This document shows positions 37,628-47,311 of a DNA stretch of 64,000 nt, piece after piece; within the stretch, counting starts at the first letter, position 1, and every line of letters begins with the position of its first letter. The stretch lies in contig JAPLLY010000015.1 in the NCBI GenBank assembly GCA_026387315.1, positions 22,825 to 86,824 on the forward strand, read 5' to 3'. The DNA is from Candidatus Omnitrophota bacterium (lineage in GTDB: Bacteria; Omnitrophota; Gorgyraeia; Gygaellales; Profunditerraquicolaceae). The notes below the pieces were generated by a model. It was not told the origin of the DNA and ran no database searches. It saw only the letters and a program-made list of their open reading frames with translations. The translations under genes and the position numbers were made by a program.

Positions 37628-38953
37628 ATGGGAAGGAAGCCGCTGGAAATTGATAAAATTGTAATGAATTTAATTATGACCGATGATGTACTCTTAAAGA
37701 AAAAATTAGCTAAGAAGATTCGCGATATTGCTTATAAGAAAGGGATTTATCCTTCCAGCATCCAGGATTACTATATGGCGCAAGGTAAAGAAGAGTTTAG
37801 CGGCTCAACTGTGCCGGCAATCAATATCCGCAGTTTAACTTATGATTTGGCCCGGGCAATATTCAGAGTGGGTAAAAAGAATAACTCTAAGGCTTTTATC
37901 TTTGAAATTGCTAAATCTGAAATGGGTTACACCGCGCAGCCGCCGGTAGAGTATTCCGCGGTAATCCTGGCGGCGGCCATCAAAGAAAATTATACTGGCC
38001 CGGTATTTATTCAAGGCGATCACTTTCAGGCTAACCTGAAAAAATACCAACAGAACCCGGATCAAGAGATAGAGGCGCTGCAGGCAATCATTACCGAAGC
38101 CATCGGCGCGGGTTTTTATAATATCGATATTGATTCCTCAACGCTGGTAGATTTAACCAAGCCTAAAGTAAGCGATCAGCAGTATTTAAATTACCAAGTA
38201 TGCGCCAAGTTGACGCAATTTATCCGCCGCATTGAGCCTAAAGGCATAACGGTTTCGGTCGGCGGAGAGATCGGCGAGGTAGGGCATCAAAATTCTACGC
38301 CTGAAGATTTGCGGGCGTTCATGGTTGGTTTTAAGCAGCGCCTGCGTAAAGGTTTGGCGGGAATCAGCAAGATCTCTATTCAGACCGGTACTTCTCATGG
38401 CGGAGTGGTTTTACCTGATGGTTCAATTGCTCAGGTGAGGTTAGATTTTGAGACTTTAAAAAATCTTTCGCTGCTTGCGCGCAAAGATTTTGGTTTGGCC
38501 GGCGCAGTGCAGCATGGCGCCTCAACTTTGCCGGAAGAGGCATTTCATAAGTTCGCGGAATGCGAAGCTTGCGAGGTACATCTGGCGACGCAATTTCAAA
38601 ATATGATTTTTGATTCCAAACATTTTCCCGTGGATTTAAAGAATAGAATTTATGATTGGCTCAAAATTAATGCTGCCAATGAGGCCAAGCCTGAGGAGAC
38701 CCAGGAGCAGTTTTTTTATAAGATCAGAAAGAAAGCATTAGGGGCGTTTAAGAAAGAGATAATGAGCTTGGCCCAGCCAATTCGCGATGCCATTGCCGCG
38801 GAGATTGAAGCCAAGTTTGATTTTCTCTTTAAGCAGCTAAACGCGGTAAATAACGCGGCTTTAGTCGATAAATATGTTACCTTAAAGCGGGTAATTACGC
38901 GTAAACGTCAGGCGGCTTTCGGAGTGGTTCATAACGGAGAGGGCGCCGACTAA
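37628..38953 (+). CDS. Class II fructose-bisphosphate aldolase family protein (long variant)
   Basis: GDH, IDSS, GEIGEVG, GTSHG, QHGAS metal-binding motifs; follows pfkA. Confidence 0.82.
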   Translation: MGRKPLEIDKIVMNLIMTDDVLLKKKLAKKIRDIAYKKGIYPSSIQDYYMAQGKEEFSGSTVPAINIRSLTYDLARAIFRVGKKNNSKAFIFEIAKSEMGYTAQPPVEYSAVILAAAIKENYTGPVFIQGDHFQANLKKYQQNPDQEIEALQAIITEAIGAGFYNIDIDSSTLVDLTKPKVSDQQYLNYQVCAKLTQFIRRIEPKGITVSVGGEIGEVGHQNSTPEDLRAFMVGFKQRLRKGLAGISKISIQTGTSHGGVVLPDGSIAQVRLDFETLKNLSLLARKDFGLAGAVQHGASTLPEEAFHKFAECEACEVHLATQFQNMIFDSKHFPVDLKNRIYDWLKINAANEAKPEETQEQFFYKIRKKALGAFKKEIMSLAQPIRDAIAAEIEAKFDFLFKQLNAVNNAALVDKYVTLKRVITRKRQAAFGVVHNGEGAD

Positions 38954-38959
38954 AAACTC

Positions 38960-38992
38960 GGGGACGGTTCTCTTTTTAAGAGAACCGTCCCC
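38960..38992. repeat. Family A palindrome
   Basis: GGGGACGGTTCTC…GAGAACCGTCCCC. Confidence 0.9.
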
Positions 38993-39022
38993 GGGATTTA
39001 AATTATAACAGGGAGATAATAT

Positions 39023-40675
39023 ATGCGTTCAGATCAGATTAAGAAGGGTTTGGATAGAGTGCCGCATCGGGCGCTTTTGCATGCCACCGGCCTCTCTAAA
39101 AAAGATTTAGGACGGCCGTTTATCGGCGTGGCCACATCATTTACCGATCTTATTCCCGGGCATATCGGGATGCGTGACTTGGAGAGATTTATTGAGCGGG
39201 GGGTCTGTTACGGAGGAGGGGTGCCGTTTTTATTCGGCGTGCCGGGTATTTGTGACGGGATCGCCATGGGGCATTTGGGGATGTGTTATCCTTTAGCTTT
39301 ACGTGAGCTGGTTGCGGATATTATCGAAACAGTAGCTAACGCGCATCAATTAGACGGGATTATCTGCCTGACTAACTGTGATAAAATTACTCCGGGCATG
39401 TTGATGGGGGTAGCGCGTTTAAATATTCCGGCGATCATGGTTACTGCCGGGCCAATGCTTTCTGGGCGCTTTAATCAACGAAAATTAGCTTTTGTGCATG
39501 ATACTTATGAAGGTATGGGCCGGGCTAAAAAAGGAGATATTTCTCAGGAAGAATTATCTTGCCTGGAGCTAGAGGCTTGTCCGGGACAAGGGGCTTGTCA
39601 GGGGCTCTATACTGCTAATACCATGGCTTGTCTTACCGAGACGATGGGGATGTCTATTCCGGGTTGCGCGACAGCTTTAGCCGGTTCAGCCAAAAAACGC
39701 AGGATTGCCCAGGCCAGCGGCGAGCGAATTGTGGAATTAGTTAAGAAAGATATTAAACCGCGGGATATTATCACGGCGCGATCTTTAGAGAATGCGATTG
39801 TGGTAGATATGGCTTTAGGCGGCTCAAGCAATACAGTTCTGCATTTGATGAGCATTGCTCATGAGGCAGGTATAGATTTGGATTTAAAGGATTTTGACAG
39901 AATCAGTAAGACGGTGCCGCATATTACGGCTATCGAGCCGGCCGGCGAGCATTTTATGGAAGATCTTGAATACGCAGGAGGAATCCCTGCGGTATTAAAG
40001 AGATTAAAATCTAAATTAAATAATACTTTAAATGCCGGCGGCCGGAAAACTTTCCAGATTGCGGATAGCGCCGTTATTTTTGATTCTGAGGTGATCCGTC
40101 CGTTAAACCAGGCGTATCATAAGCAGGGTGGGATTGCGGTTTTATATGGCAACCTTGCTCCCAATGGGGCAGTGGTTAAGCAGTCCGGGGTCAGCGCCAA
40201 GATGATGCGGTTTGTTGGCCGGGCCCGGGTATTTAATCGTGAAGAGCAAGCCATGCAGGCGATTATGAGCAATAAAATAAAAAAAGGTGATTGTGTGGTT
40301 ATCCGTTATGAGGGCCCCTCAGGTGGGCCGGGAATGCGTGAGATGCTGGCGCCCACCGCGGCGATTGTGGGTTTGGGCTTAGAAGACCGCATAGCCTTAA
40401 TTACTGATGGCCGTTTTTCAGGGGGGACCAAAGGCCCGTGTATCGGCCATATTTCGCCGGAGGCTTCCGCGCGCGGGCCGATTGCAATTATTCAAGATGG
40501 TGATACAATTATTATTGATATTCCAAATCGTAAATTGGAAGTTAAATTAAGCCAGGAAGAAATAGAAAAAAGATTTAAGCATTACAAGAGCGTGGAACCA
40601 AAAATTAAAACCGGGTATCTAGCCAGGTATTCGAAGCTGGTTAGTTCGGCGGATAAGGGAGCAATATTAAGCTAA
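39023..40675 (+). CDS. ilvD: Dihydroxy-acid dehydratase
   Basis: [28 protein letters not shown]. Confidence 0.97.
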   Translation: MRSDQIKKGLDRVPHRALLHATGLSKKDLGRPFIGVATSFTDLIPGHIGMRDLERFIERGVCYGGGVPFLFGVPGICDGIAMGHLGMCYPLALRELVADIIETVANAHQLDGIICLTNCDKITPGMLMGVARLNIPAIMVTAGPMLSGRFNQRKLAFVHDTYEGMGRAKKGDISQEELSCLELEACPGQGACQGLYTANTMACLTETMGMSIPGCATALAGSAKKRRIAQASGERIVELVKKDIKPRDIITARSLENAIVVDMALGGSSNTVLHLMSIAHEAGIDLDLKDFDRISKTVPHITAIEPAGEHFMEDLEYAGGIPAVLKRLKSKLNNTLNAGGRKTFQIADSAVIFDSEVIRPLNQAYHKQGGIAVLYGNLAPNGAVVKQSGVSAKMMRFVGRARVFNREEQAMQAIMSNKIKKGDCVVIRYEGPSGGPGMREMLAPTAAIVGLGLEDRIALITDGRFSGGTKGPCIGHISPEASARGPIAIIQDGDTIIIDIPNRKLEVKLSQEEIEKRFKHYKSVEPKIKTGYLARYSKLVSSADKGAILS

Positions 40676-40676
40676 G

Positions 40677-42344
40677 ATGATCGGCGCCAGGATATTATTA
40701 GAGTCTTTAAAACGCGAAGGTGTCGAGGTAATCTTTGGTTACCCCGGAGGCCAGGTTCTGCCTATATTTGATCAGCTTTATGATTTTGATATTAAATTTA
40801 TTTTAACGCGCCATGAGCAGGGTGCGGCGCATGCCGCGGATGGATTTTCCCGCGCCACCGGTAAAGTAGGGGTTTGCTTGGCAACCAGCGGCCCGGGAGC
40901 AACGAATCTGGTTACCGGAATTGCTACCGCTTATATGGATTCTATTCCGATGGTGGCGATCACCGGCCAGGTTGGCACGCACTTAATCGGTAATGATGCT
41001 TTTCAGGAAGCGGATGTTACCGGGATCACCCGGCCGATAACCAAACATAATTTTTTGGTTAAGGATGTAAAAGACCTGGCGCGTACTATCGCGGAGGCCT
41101 TTTATATCGCTTCCAGCGGGCGCCCCGGCCCGGTGCTGGTTGATATTCCTTTGGATGTGCAGCGGGCAGACACGGAATTTATCTGGCCGGAAAAGATAAC
41201 TATACGCAGTTACCAGCCGACTTATTCCGGCCATCTTGGGCAGATTAAGAAAGCGGCAAAATTAATTTCGGCAAGCAAGCAACCGGTTATTTATGCCGGC
41301 GGCGGAGTGATTACTTCCGGCGCGCATTTGGAACTAAAAGAATTAGCGCAAAAGATTCAGGCTCCGGTAACCACGACTTTTATGGGGTTGGGTGGTTTTT
41401 GCGGCACGCATAAGTTATTTTTAGGCATGTTGGGAATGCATGGCACGGCTTACGCTAATCACGCGGTCATGGAATCAGATTTAATTATTGCCGTGGGAGC
41501 GCGTTTTGATGACCGGGTAACCGGAAGGCTGGATGATTTTGCCCCCGGGGCAAAAGTTATTCATATTGATATTGACCCTTCAAGCATTAGTAAGAATGTC
41601 CGGGTAGATGTCCCGATAGTGGGAGATGCCAAAAATATTCTTAAACAACTCATTACTGAAATTAAAAAGCTTCCGGATACCTTGGAATGGCTTAGGACGG
41701 TAGAGAGTTGGAAGAAAAAGCATCCGTTAACTTATAAAGATGATAGCGCGATGCTTAAGCCCCAATATATTCTTCAGGAGCTTTGGGAGTTAACCAGGGG
41801 TGAGGCGATAATTTGTACTGAAGTAGGCCAGAGCCAGATGTGGGCCTGCCAATGGTATCAATATTTGACTCCGCGCACATTTATATCCAGCGGCGGGTTG
41901 GGCACTATGGGGTTTGGGTTTCCGGCGGCCATGGGAGCAAAACTGGGGTTTCCTGAAAAAGAAGTTTTTAATATTGCCGGAGATGGTTCAATTCAGATGA
42001 ATATTCAGGAACTGGCTACTTGTGTGGCCAATAAAATCAACGTGAAGGTGTTGATATTTAACAATGGTTTTTTAGGTATGGTCAGGCAGTGGCAGGAGCT
42101 ATTTTATAAGAAACGTTATTCTTATACGTCAATTACCAGTCCGGATTATGTTTTACTGGCTCAAAGTTATGGGGCAGTGGGGATGCGGGTAACCAAGAAA
42201 TCCGAAGTGCGCGCCGCGCTGCAAAAAGCAATCCAGATTCAGAATACAGTTTTTATAGATTTTCGTATTGAACCGGAAGAAAATGTTTACCCGATGGTTC
42301 CGGCGGGCTCTGCGATTAATAAGATGATTGAAGGGTTGGCATAA
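40677..42344 (+). CDS. ilvB: Acetolactate synthase large subunit
   Basis: FGYPGG, RHEQGA, TSGPGATN, GDGS…N ThDP motif. Confidence 0.97.
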   Translation: MIGARILLESLKREGVEVIFGYPGGQVLPIFDQLYDFDIKFILTRHEQGAAHAADGFSRATGKVGVCLATSGPGATNLVTGIATAYMDSIPMVAITGQVGTHLIGNDAFQEADVTGITRPITKHNFLVKDVKDLARTIAEAFYIASSGRPGPVLVDIPLDVQRADTEFIWPEKITIRSYQPTYSGHLGQIKKAAKLISASKQPVIYAGGGVITSGAHLELKELAQKIQAPVTTTFMGLGGFCGTHKLFLGMLGMHGTAYANHAVMESDLIIAVGARFDDRVTGRLDDFAPGAKVIHIDIDPSSISKNVRVDVPIVGDAKNILKQLITEIKKLPDTLEWLRTVESWKKKHPLTYKDDSAMLKPQYILQELWELTRGEAIICTEVGQSQMWACQWYQYLTPRTFISSGGLGTMGFGFPAAMGAKLGFPEKEVFNIAGDGSIQMNIQELATCVANKINVKVLIFNNGFLGMVRQWQELFYKKRYSYTSITSPDYVLLAQSYGAVGMRVTKKSEVRAALQKAIQIQNTVFIDFRIEPEENVYPMVPAGSAINKMIEGLA

Positions 42345-42817
42345 TGCGGCATACCATATCAGTATTAGTGGAGAATAAATTTGGCGTTTTAGCGCGGGTG
42401 GCCGGGTTATTTAGCGCGCGGGGTTATAATATTGCCTCCTTGGCAGTTTCTGAAACCTTTGATTCTCAGATATCCTATATGACCATTGTGGTGGAAGCCA
42501 AAGACGAAAAGGTCCTGGAGCAAATTAACAAGCAGTTGAATAAATTAATCGATGTGATTACGGTTACGGATTTTACCAAAAAAGATCATCTTGACCGCGA
42601 ACTGGTTTTGGTAAAAGTTAATTGTTTGGCTAAAGATAAACAGGCGCTTGAGGGGTTATTTGATAAGTTTGTGGGAAAAATTATTCAGACCAAGGATAAT
42701 ACCGCGATAATTGAGGCGATTGGCGATCAGGAACAGGTAAAAGCGCTTTTAGGAGCCTTGGATAAGTTTGGGGTAAAAGAGCTGGTTAGGACAGGTAAAT
42801 TAGTAATTAGAAAATAA
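42344..42817 (+). CDS. ilvN: Acetolactate synthase small subunit
   Basis: VENKFGVLARV.GLFSARGYNI, KQLNKLIDV. Confidence 0.95.
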   Translation: MRHTISVLVENKFGVLARVAGLFSARGYNIASLAVSETFDSQISYMTIVVEAKDEKVLEQINKQLNKLIDVITVTDFTKKDHLDRELVLVKVNCLAKDKQALEGLFDKFVGKIIQTKDNTAIIEAIGDQEQVKALLGALDKFGVKELVRTGKLVIRK

Positions 42818-42834
42818 GAAAGGGGAAATAAGAG

Positions 42835-43827
42835 ATGGCTAAGATTTATTATGATCAGGATGCGGATTTAAATTTATTAAAGGATAAGACGGTGGCAATT
42901 ATTGGTTATGGCATTCAAGGCCGTGGCCAGTCATTATGCCTGCGTGATTCAGGAATAAGGGTAGTGGTTTCAGAGATGGAGGGGATGGCTAATTTCCAAC
43001 AGGCCAAGCAGGATGGGTTCACTCCGGTGAGCGCGGCGGAAGCGGCAAAATCCGCGGATATTATTCAAATTCTTACCCAGGATCACCTGCAGGCTAAGGT
43101 TTATCAAGAGTCGATTAAACCGAATTTAAAAAAGGGAAAAGCACTTTGTTTTTCTCACGGTTTTAATATCCGTTTTAAACAGATTAAACCTCCGAAAAAC
43201 GTAGATGTATTTATGGTTGCCCCGAAGGGGCCGGGCGCTTTGGTGAGAAAAATGTATGAAGAAGGCAAAGGCGTGCCTTCGTTAATTGCTATTTATCAGG
43301 ATGCCAGCGGTCAGGCTAAAGCTTTAGCTTTAGCTTATGCCAAGGGCTTAAAAGCTACCACCGCCGGGGTAATTGAAACTACTTTTGATGAGGAGACTGA
43401 AACTGACCTCTTTGGCGAGCAGGCAGTGCTCTGCGGCGGAGTAAGTGAATTGATTAAGGCGGGTTTTGATACTTTAATTGACGCCGGTTATCAGCCGGAG
43501 ATTGCTTATTTTGAGGTTTTGCATGAGTTAAAATTGATTACTGACCTGATTCAGGAGCGCGGTATCTCGGGGATGCGCAGAGGAGTCTCTAATACTGCTT
43601 GTTATGGCGATTTAACCCGCGGGCCCAGAATTATCACCCAAAAAACACGCAAGGAAATGCGCAAGATTCTTAAGGAAATTAAATCCGGAAAGTTCGCCAG
43701 GGAGTGGATTAAAGAGAATGAAACCGGACGCAAGAATTTTGATAGCTTAATTAAAGCCGGGGATGATCACTTAATTGAAAAAGTGGGTAAGCAATTAAGA
43801 GAGATGATGCCTTGGATGAAAAAATAA
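42835..43827 (+). CDS. ilvC: Ketol-acid reductoisomerase
   Basis: [26 protein letters not shown]. Confidence 0.97.
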   Translation: MAKIYYDQDADLNLLKDKTVAIIGYGIQGRGQSLCLRDSGIRVVVSEMEGMANFQQAKQDGFTPVSAAEAAKSADIIQILTQDHLQAKVYQESIKPNLKKGKALCFSHGFNIRFKQIKPPKNVDVFMVAPKGPGALVRKMYEEGKGVPSLIAIYQDASGQAKALALAYAKGLKATTAGVIETTFDEETETDLFGEQAVLCGGVSELIKAGFDTLIDAGYQPEIAYFEVLHELKLITDLIQERGISGMRRGVSNTACYGDLTRGPRIITQKTRKEMRKILKEIKSGKFAREWIKENETGRKNFDSLIKAGDDHLIEKVGKQLREMMPWMKK

Positions 43828-43839
43828 AGTAAGCAAGGA

Positions 43840-43885
43840 CACCCGGCGCTTATTTGAATTGCGCCGGTGTGCGCTAGGTAGCGCA
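43840..43885. repeat. Family D palindrome
   Basis: cacccggcgcttatttgaattgcgccggtg plus tgcgctaggtagcgca. Confidence 0.75.
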
Positions 43886-43893
43886 ATTTTTGC

Positions 43894-43952
43894 GGGTCCT
43901 GTCTTGGGTATTTTCTTGCCGCTGAGCCGCTGCGAAAACACCCAAGCCACCC
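43894..43952 (+). repeat. Family C palindromic element
   Basis: gggtcctgtcttgggtattttc…gaaaacacccaagccaccc. Confidence 0.88.
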
Positions 43953-44045
43953 GCAAAATCTAAAATAACAATTTACAATCTTTAGAGTGGAGTAAATAGT
44001 GGATGAAGAAATAAGGGTAACAAGTTACGGATCGCTTGTTCGAGA

Positions 44046-44101
44046 GGCCTGGCTTGGGTATTTTCTAGCGCTGACGCGCGTCGAAAACACCCAAGCCACC
44101 C
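44046..44101 (+). repeat. Family C palindromic element
   Basis: ggcttgggtattttctagcgctgacgcg…gaaaacacccaagccaccc. Confidence 0.85.
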
Positions 44102-44144
44102 GCGATAATTAGAGCGTAACTTGTTACTGAAGATAGAGGAGAGA

Positions 44145-45647
44145 ATGGAAAAGATAATAATATTTGATACAACTTTAAGGGATGGGGAGCAGGCTCCGGG
44201 GGCGTCTTTAAACCCTCAGCAGAAACTGGAGATTGCTTTTGCCCTGGAAAAACTGGGCGTAGATGTGATCGAGGCGGGTTTTCCTATTGCTTCCAGCGGA
44301 GATTTTCAGGCAGTAAAAAATATCTCTGCCAAAATTAAGAAGAGCGCTATTTGCGGCCTGGCGCGTTGTTTAAAACCGGACATTATTGCCGCGCATAAGG
44401 CTTTAAGAGGCGCTGGGCATCCGCGTATACATTTATTTCTGGCTACTTCTAAAATTCACCTTAAATATAAATTCAAAAAAGCCGAAGATGAAATTTTAAC
44501 CTTGGCCAAGGACGCAATCAGAATTGCGCGTAAACTTTGCCCGGACATTGAATTTTCTCCCGAAGATGCTACGCGGTCGGAAAGAGATTTTATTTATCGG
44601 ATAGTGGAGATGGCGATTAATGAGGGAGCGCGGACAATTAATATCCCGGATACCGTAGGGTATAGTTATCCGCAGGAGATTTATTCCCTGATTACTGATA
44701 TTAGAAATAATGTTTCTAATATTGAGAAAGCAGTGCTGGCCATCCATTGTCATGATGATTTAGGGTTATCTACGGCTAATTCATTATCCGCTATATTAGC
44801 CGGAGCCCGGCAGGTTCACTGCACGATTAATGGCATAGGTGAGCGCGCAGGCAATGCGGCATTGGAGGAAGTGGTCATGGCTTTAAAAACGCGTAAAGAT
44901 GTGTTCGGTGATTTCTTTACTCAGATTAATACTAAAGAAATATACCGTACATCGCGCCTGGTTAGCAACTTAACAGATTTTGTTGTTCCCCCAAATAAAG
45001 CAATTGTGGGAAGAAATGCTTTTCGTCATGAATCTGGGATACATCAGGACGCCGTATTAAAAAAGCGCTCTACGTATGAAATTATGGATCCGCATGATGT
45101 TGGTATATCTTCGAGCCAGTTAGTTTTAGGCAAGCATTCCGGCCGGCATGCCTTTGGTGACAGGCTAAAGCATATGGGTTTTAATCTTGGCCAAAAGCAG
45201 CTCAACCAGGCTTTTACGCGTTTTAAGGATGTGGCGGATAAAAAGAAAGATATTTACGACGATGATTTAAGAATTATTGTTCAGGATGAAATCCGCCTGA
45301 TTCGTCCGGTTTGGAAATTAGAAAGCTTTGAGGTTGCCTCGGGCACTAAGATCAAGCCTTATGCGTCGGTAATTTTAGATAAAAAAGGTAAGCTCCTTAG
45401 TGGCAGCTCAGGCGGCGATGGCCCGGTGGACGCCTGTTTTAAAGCCTTGGAAAAAATTACTAATTTTAAGGCAAAACTGGAAGATTTTCGTCTGGAAGCA
45501 GTTACCTCGGGCAAGGATGCCTTGGGTCAAGTGAGCCTTAAGCTGAAGGTTTCCGGTTTAATCGTAAACGGCCGTGGCTCAAGTACGGATATTGTGGAAG
45601 CGGCGGTAAGAGCATACATTGATGCCGTAAATAAACTGGAAACGTAA
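44145..45647 (+). CDS. leuA: 2-isopropylmalate synthase
   Basis: FDTTLRDGEQ, HCHDDLG, GERAGN, HESGIHQD, C-terminal regulatory domain. Confidence 0.95.
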   Translation: MEKIIIFDTTLRDGEQAPGASLNPQQKLEIAFALEKLGVDVIEAGFPIASSGDFQAVKNISAKIKKSAICGLARCLKPDIIAAHKALRGAGHPRIHLFLATSKIHLKYKFKKAEDEILTLAKDAIRIARKLCPDIEFSPEDATRSERDFIYRIVEMAINEGARTINIPDTVGYSYPQEIYSLITDIRNNVSNIEKAVLAIHCHDDLGLSTANSLSAILAGARQVHCTINGIGERAGNAALEEVVMALKTRKDVFGDFFTQINTKEIYRTSRLVSNLTDFVVPPNKAIVGRNAFRHESGIHQDAVLKKRSTYEIMDPHDVGISSSQLVLGKHSGRHAFGDRLKHMGFNLGQKQLNQAFTRFKDVADKKKDIYDDDLRIIVQDEIRLIRPVWKLESFEVASGTKIKPYASVILDKKGKLLSGSSGGDGPVDACFKALEKITNFKAKLEDFRLEAVTSGKDALGQVSLKLKVSGLIVNGRGSSTDIVEAAVRAYIDAVNKLET

Positions 45648-46489
45648 TGACCTTAAAGCCGAAACTTTACGGTTTAGTAGGTTTTCCTATCCAGCATAGC
45701 CTTTCTCCTGGTATGCATAATGCCGCATTCTGTGCGTTAAAAATAAAAGCCAAATATAAATTATTCCAGTTAAAGCCCGATCAACTAAGGGGCTTCTTGA
45801 ATAGTTTAACCCAGAAAAATATCTGCGGTTTTAATGTTACTTATCCTTACAAAGAAGAAATTCTTAAGTTTCTTGACTGCCAATCTTCGCTGGTAAAGGA
45901 AATTGGCGCGGCTAATACTGTGGTAGTGGATAAGGGCGGAAAATTAAAAGGTTTTAATACGGATTACCTGGGGTTTATGGCGCATCTGAAAGAATTAAAA
46001 CTTAAGCCCAAGAAAGCAGCCTTAATCGGAGCAGGGGGAGCGGCTAAGGCAGTTTGTTTTGCTTTGGCTAAGATGAAAATTACCCAACTTTGCATTTATG
46101 ATATCGATAAATTTAAAGCCTTAAGCCTCTTTAAGAAATTAAATTCCAGTTTTGGCAAAACTAAATTTGACGTGGCTAGCCGTCTCCAAGATTTAGAGAT
46201 ACCGGATAAGGATTTATTAATTAATGCCTCTTCAGTTGGGATGCGCCAGAGCGATCCCTGCCTGGTTGCTCCTGGCGATCTGCATGCCGGGTTGTTTGTC
46301 TATGATCTTATTTACAGTCCGCTTCAGACAAAGTTAATCATTCTGGCTAAAGAACGCAATTTAAATTTTTCCAATGGCTTGGGGATGCTGTTATACCAGG
46401 GGGTTTTTGCTTTTAAACATTTTACCGGCAGGACTGCCCCGGTTAAGATTATGCAAGAGGCGCTTTTGAAAGGAGCGAATAAAAAATGA
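45647..46489 (+). CDS. aroE: Shikimate dehydrogenase
   Basis: HSLSP, NVTYPYK, NTD, GAGGAA, GLGMLLYQG. Confidence 0.95.
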   Translation: MTLKPKLYGLVGFPIQHSLSPGMHNAAFCALKIKAKYKLFQLKPDQLRGFLNSLTQKNICGFNVTYPYKEEILKFLDCQSSLVKEIGAANTVVVDKGGKLKGFNTDYLGFMAHLKELKLKPKKAALIGAGGAAKAVCFALAKMKITQLCIYDIDKFKALSLFKKLNSSFGKTKFDVASRLQDLEIPDKDLLINASSVGMRQSDPCLVAPGDLHAGLFVYDLIYSPLQTKLIILAKERNLNFSNGLGMLLYQGVFAFKHFTGRTAPVKIMQEALLKGANKK

Positions 46490-47298
46490 TTGCCAAGATA
46501 ATTGTTTTTATTTTTGGTTCGATTGTGGGTAGTTTTTTAAACGTCTGTATCCATCGCATGCCTAAAGGCGAATCCGTGGTTTGGCCGCGCTCGCATTGCC
46601 CGAAGTGCCAGAAGAGAATACCAGGTTATGATAATATACCTTTTATCAGCTATATCTTGTTGCAAGGAAAGTGCCGTTTTTGTAAAGAAAAGATATCTTG
46701 GCGTTATCCTTTGGTTGAACTATTAACCGCCCTCTTGATGGTGGCGCTTTTTAACCGTTTTGGCTTAAGTTATGGATTCTTTTTATATATGGTTATGCTT
46801 TGGGGTTTAATGATCGCTACTTTTGTGGATATCCGGCAGCGGATTATTCCCGATGAGGTATCCGTAGGAGGCATGATTATCGGTTTTATTATGGTTTCCG
46901 TAACCGGTTTCAGCTTTAGCCCCTTAAAATTTACTTTTTCTCCGATGGCCAAATCCGCGTTAGGAATAATTGCCGGCGGGGGGATTATTTATTTCACCGG
47001 CGTGCTTTTTGACCTGGTTTATTTTAGACTACTTAAGCGGCCGGCGATTAACGGAGAGACCGAATCTATGGGCGGAGGCGATGTAAAGCTCCTGGCGATG
47101 ATTGGCGCGTTTATGGGCTGGCAGATGGCCATTTTAACCTTCTTCTTGGCGCCGTTTTTAGGTATAGTGATCGGGATTATAAATTTAGCTGCCAAAAAGG
47201 ATCATACCATACCCTACGGCCCATTTCTCTCAATCGCCGCTTTGGTCACTTTATTTTGGGCAGATAAAATAATCTCTTTGTTTCTACCCTACCGGTAA
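46486..47298 (+). CDS. pilD: Prepilin peptidase/N-methyltransferase
   Basis: GSFLNV, two CxxC pairs, GGGDVKL, PYGPFL. Confidence 0.93.
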   Translation: MIAKIIVFIFGSIVGSFLNVCIHRMPKGESVVWPRSHCPKCQKRIPGYDNIPFISYILLQGKCRFCKEKISWRYPLVELLTALLMVALFNRFGLSYGFFLYMVMLWGLMIATFVDIRQRIIPDEVSVGGMIIGFIMVSVTGFSFSPLKFTFSPMAKSALGIIAGGGIIYFTGVLFDLVYFRLLKRPAINGETESMGGGDVKLLAMIGAFMGWQMAILTFFLAPFLGIVIGIINLAAKKDHTIPYGPFLSIAALVTLFWADKIISLFLPYR

Positions 47299-47311
47299 GA
47301 AAATTTATAAG

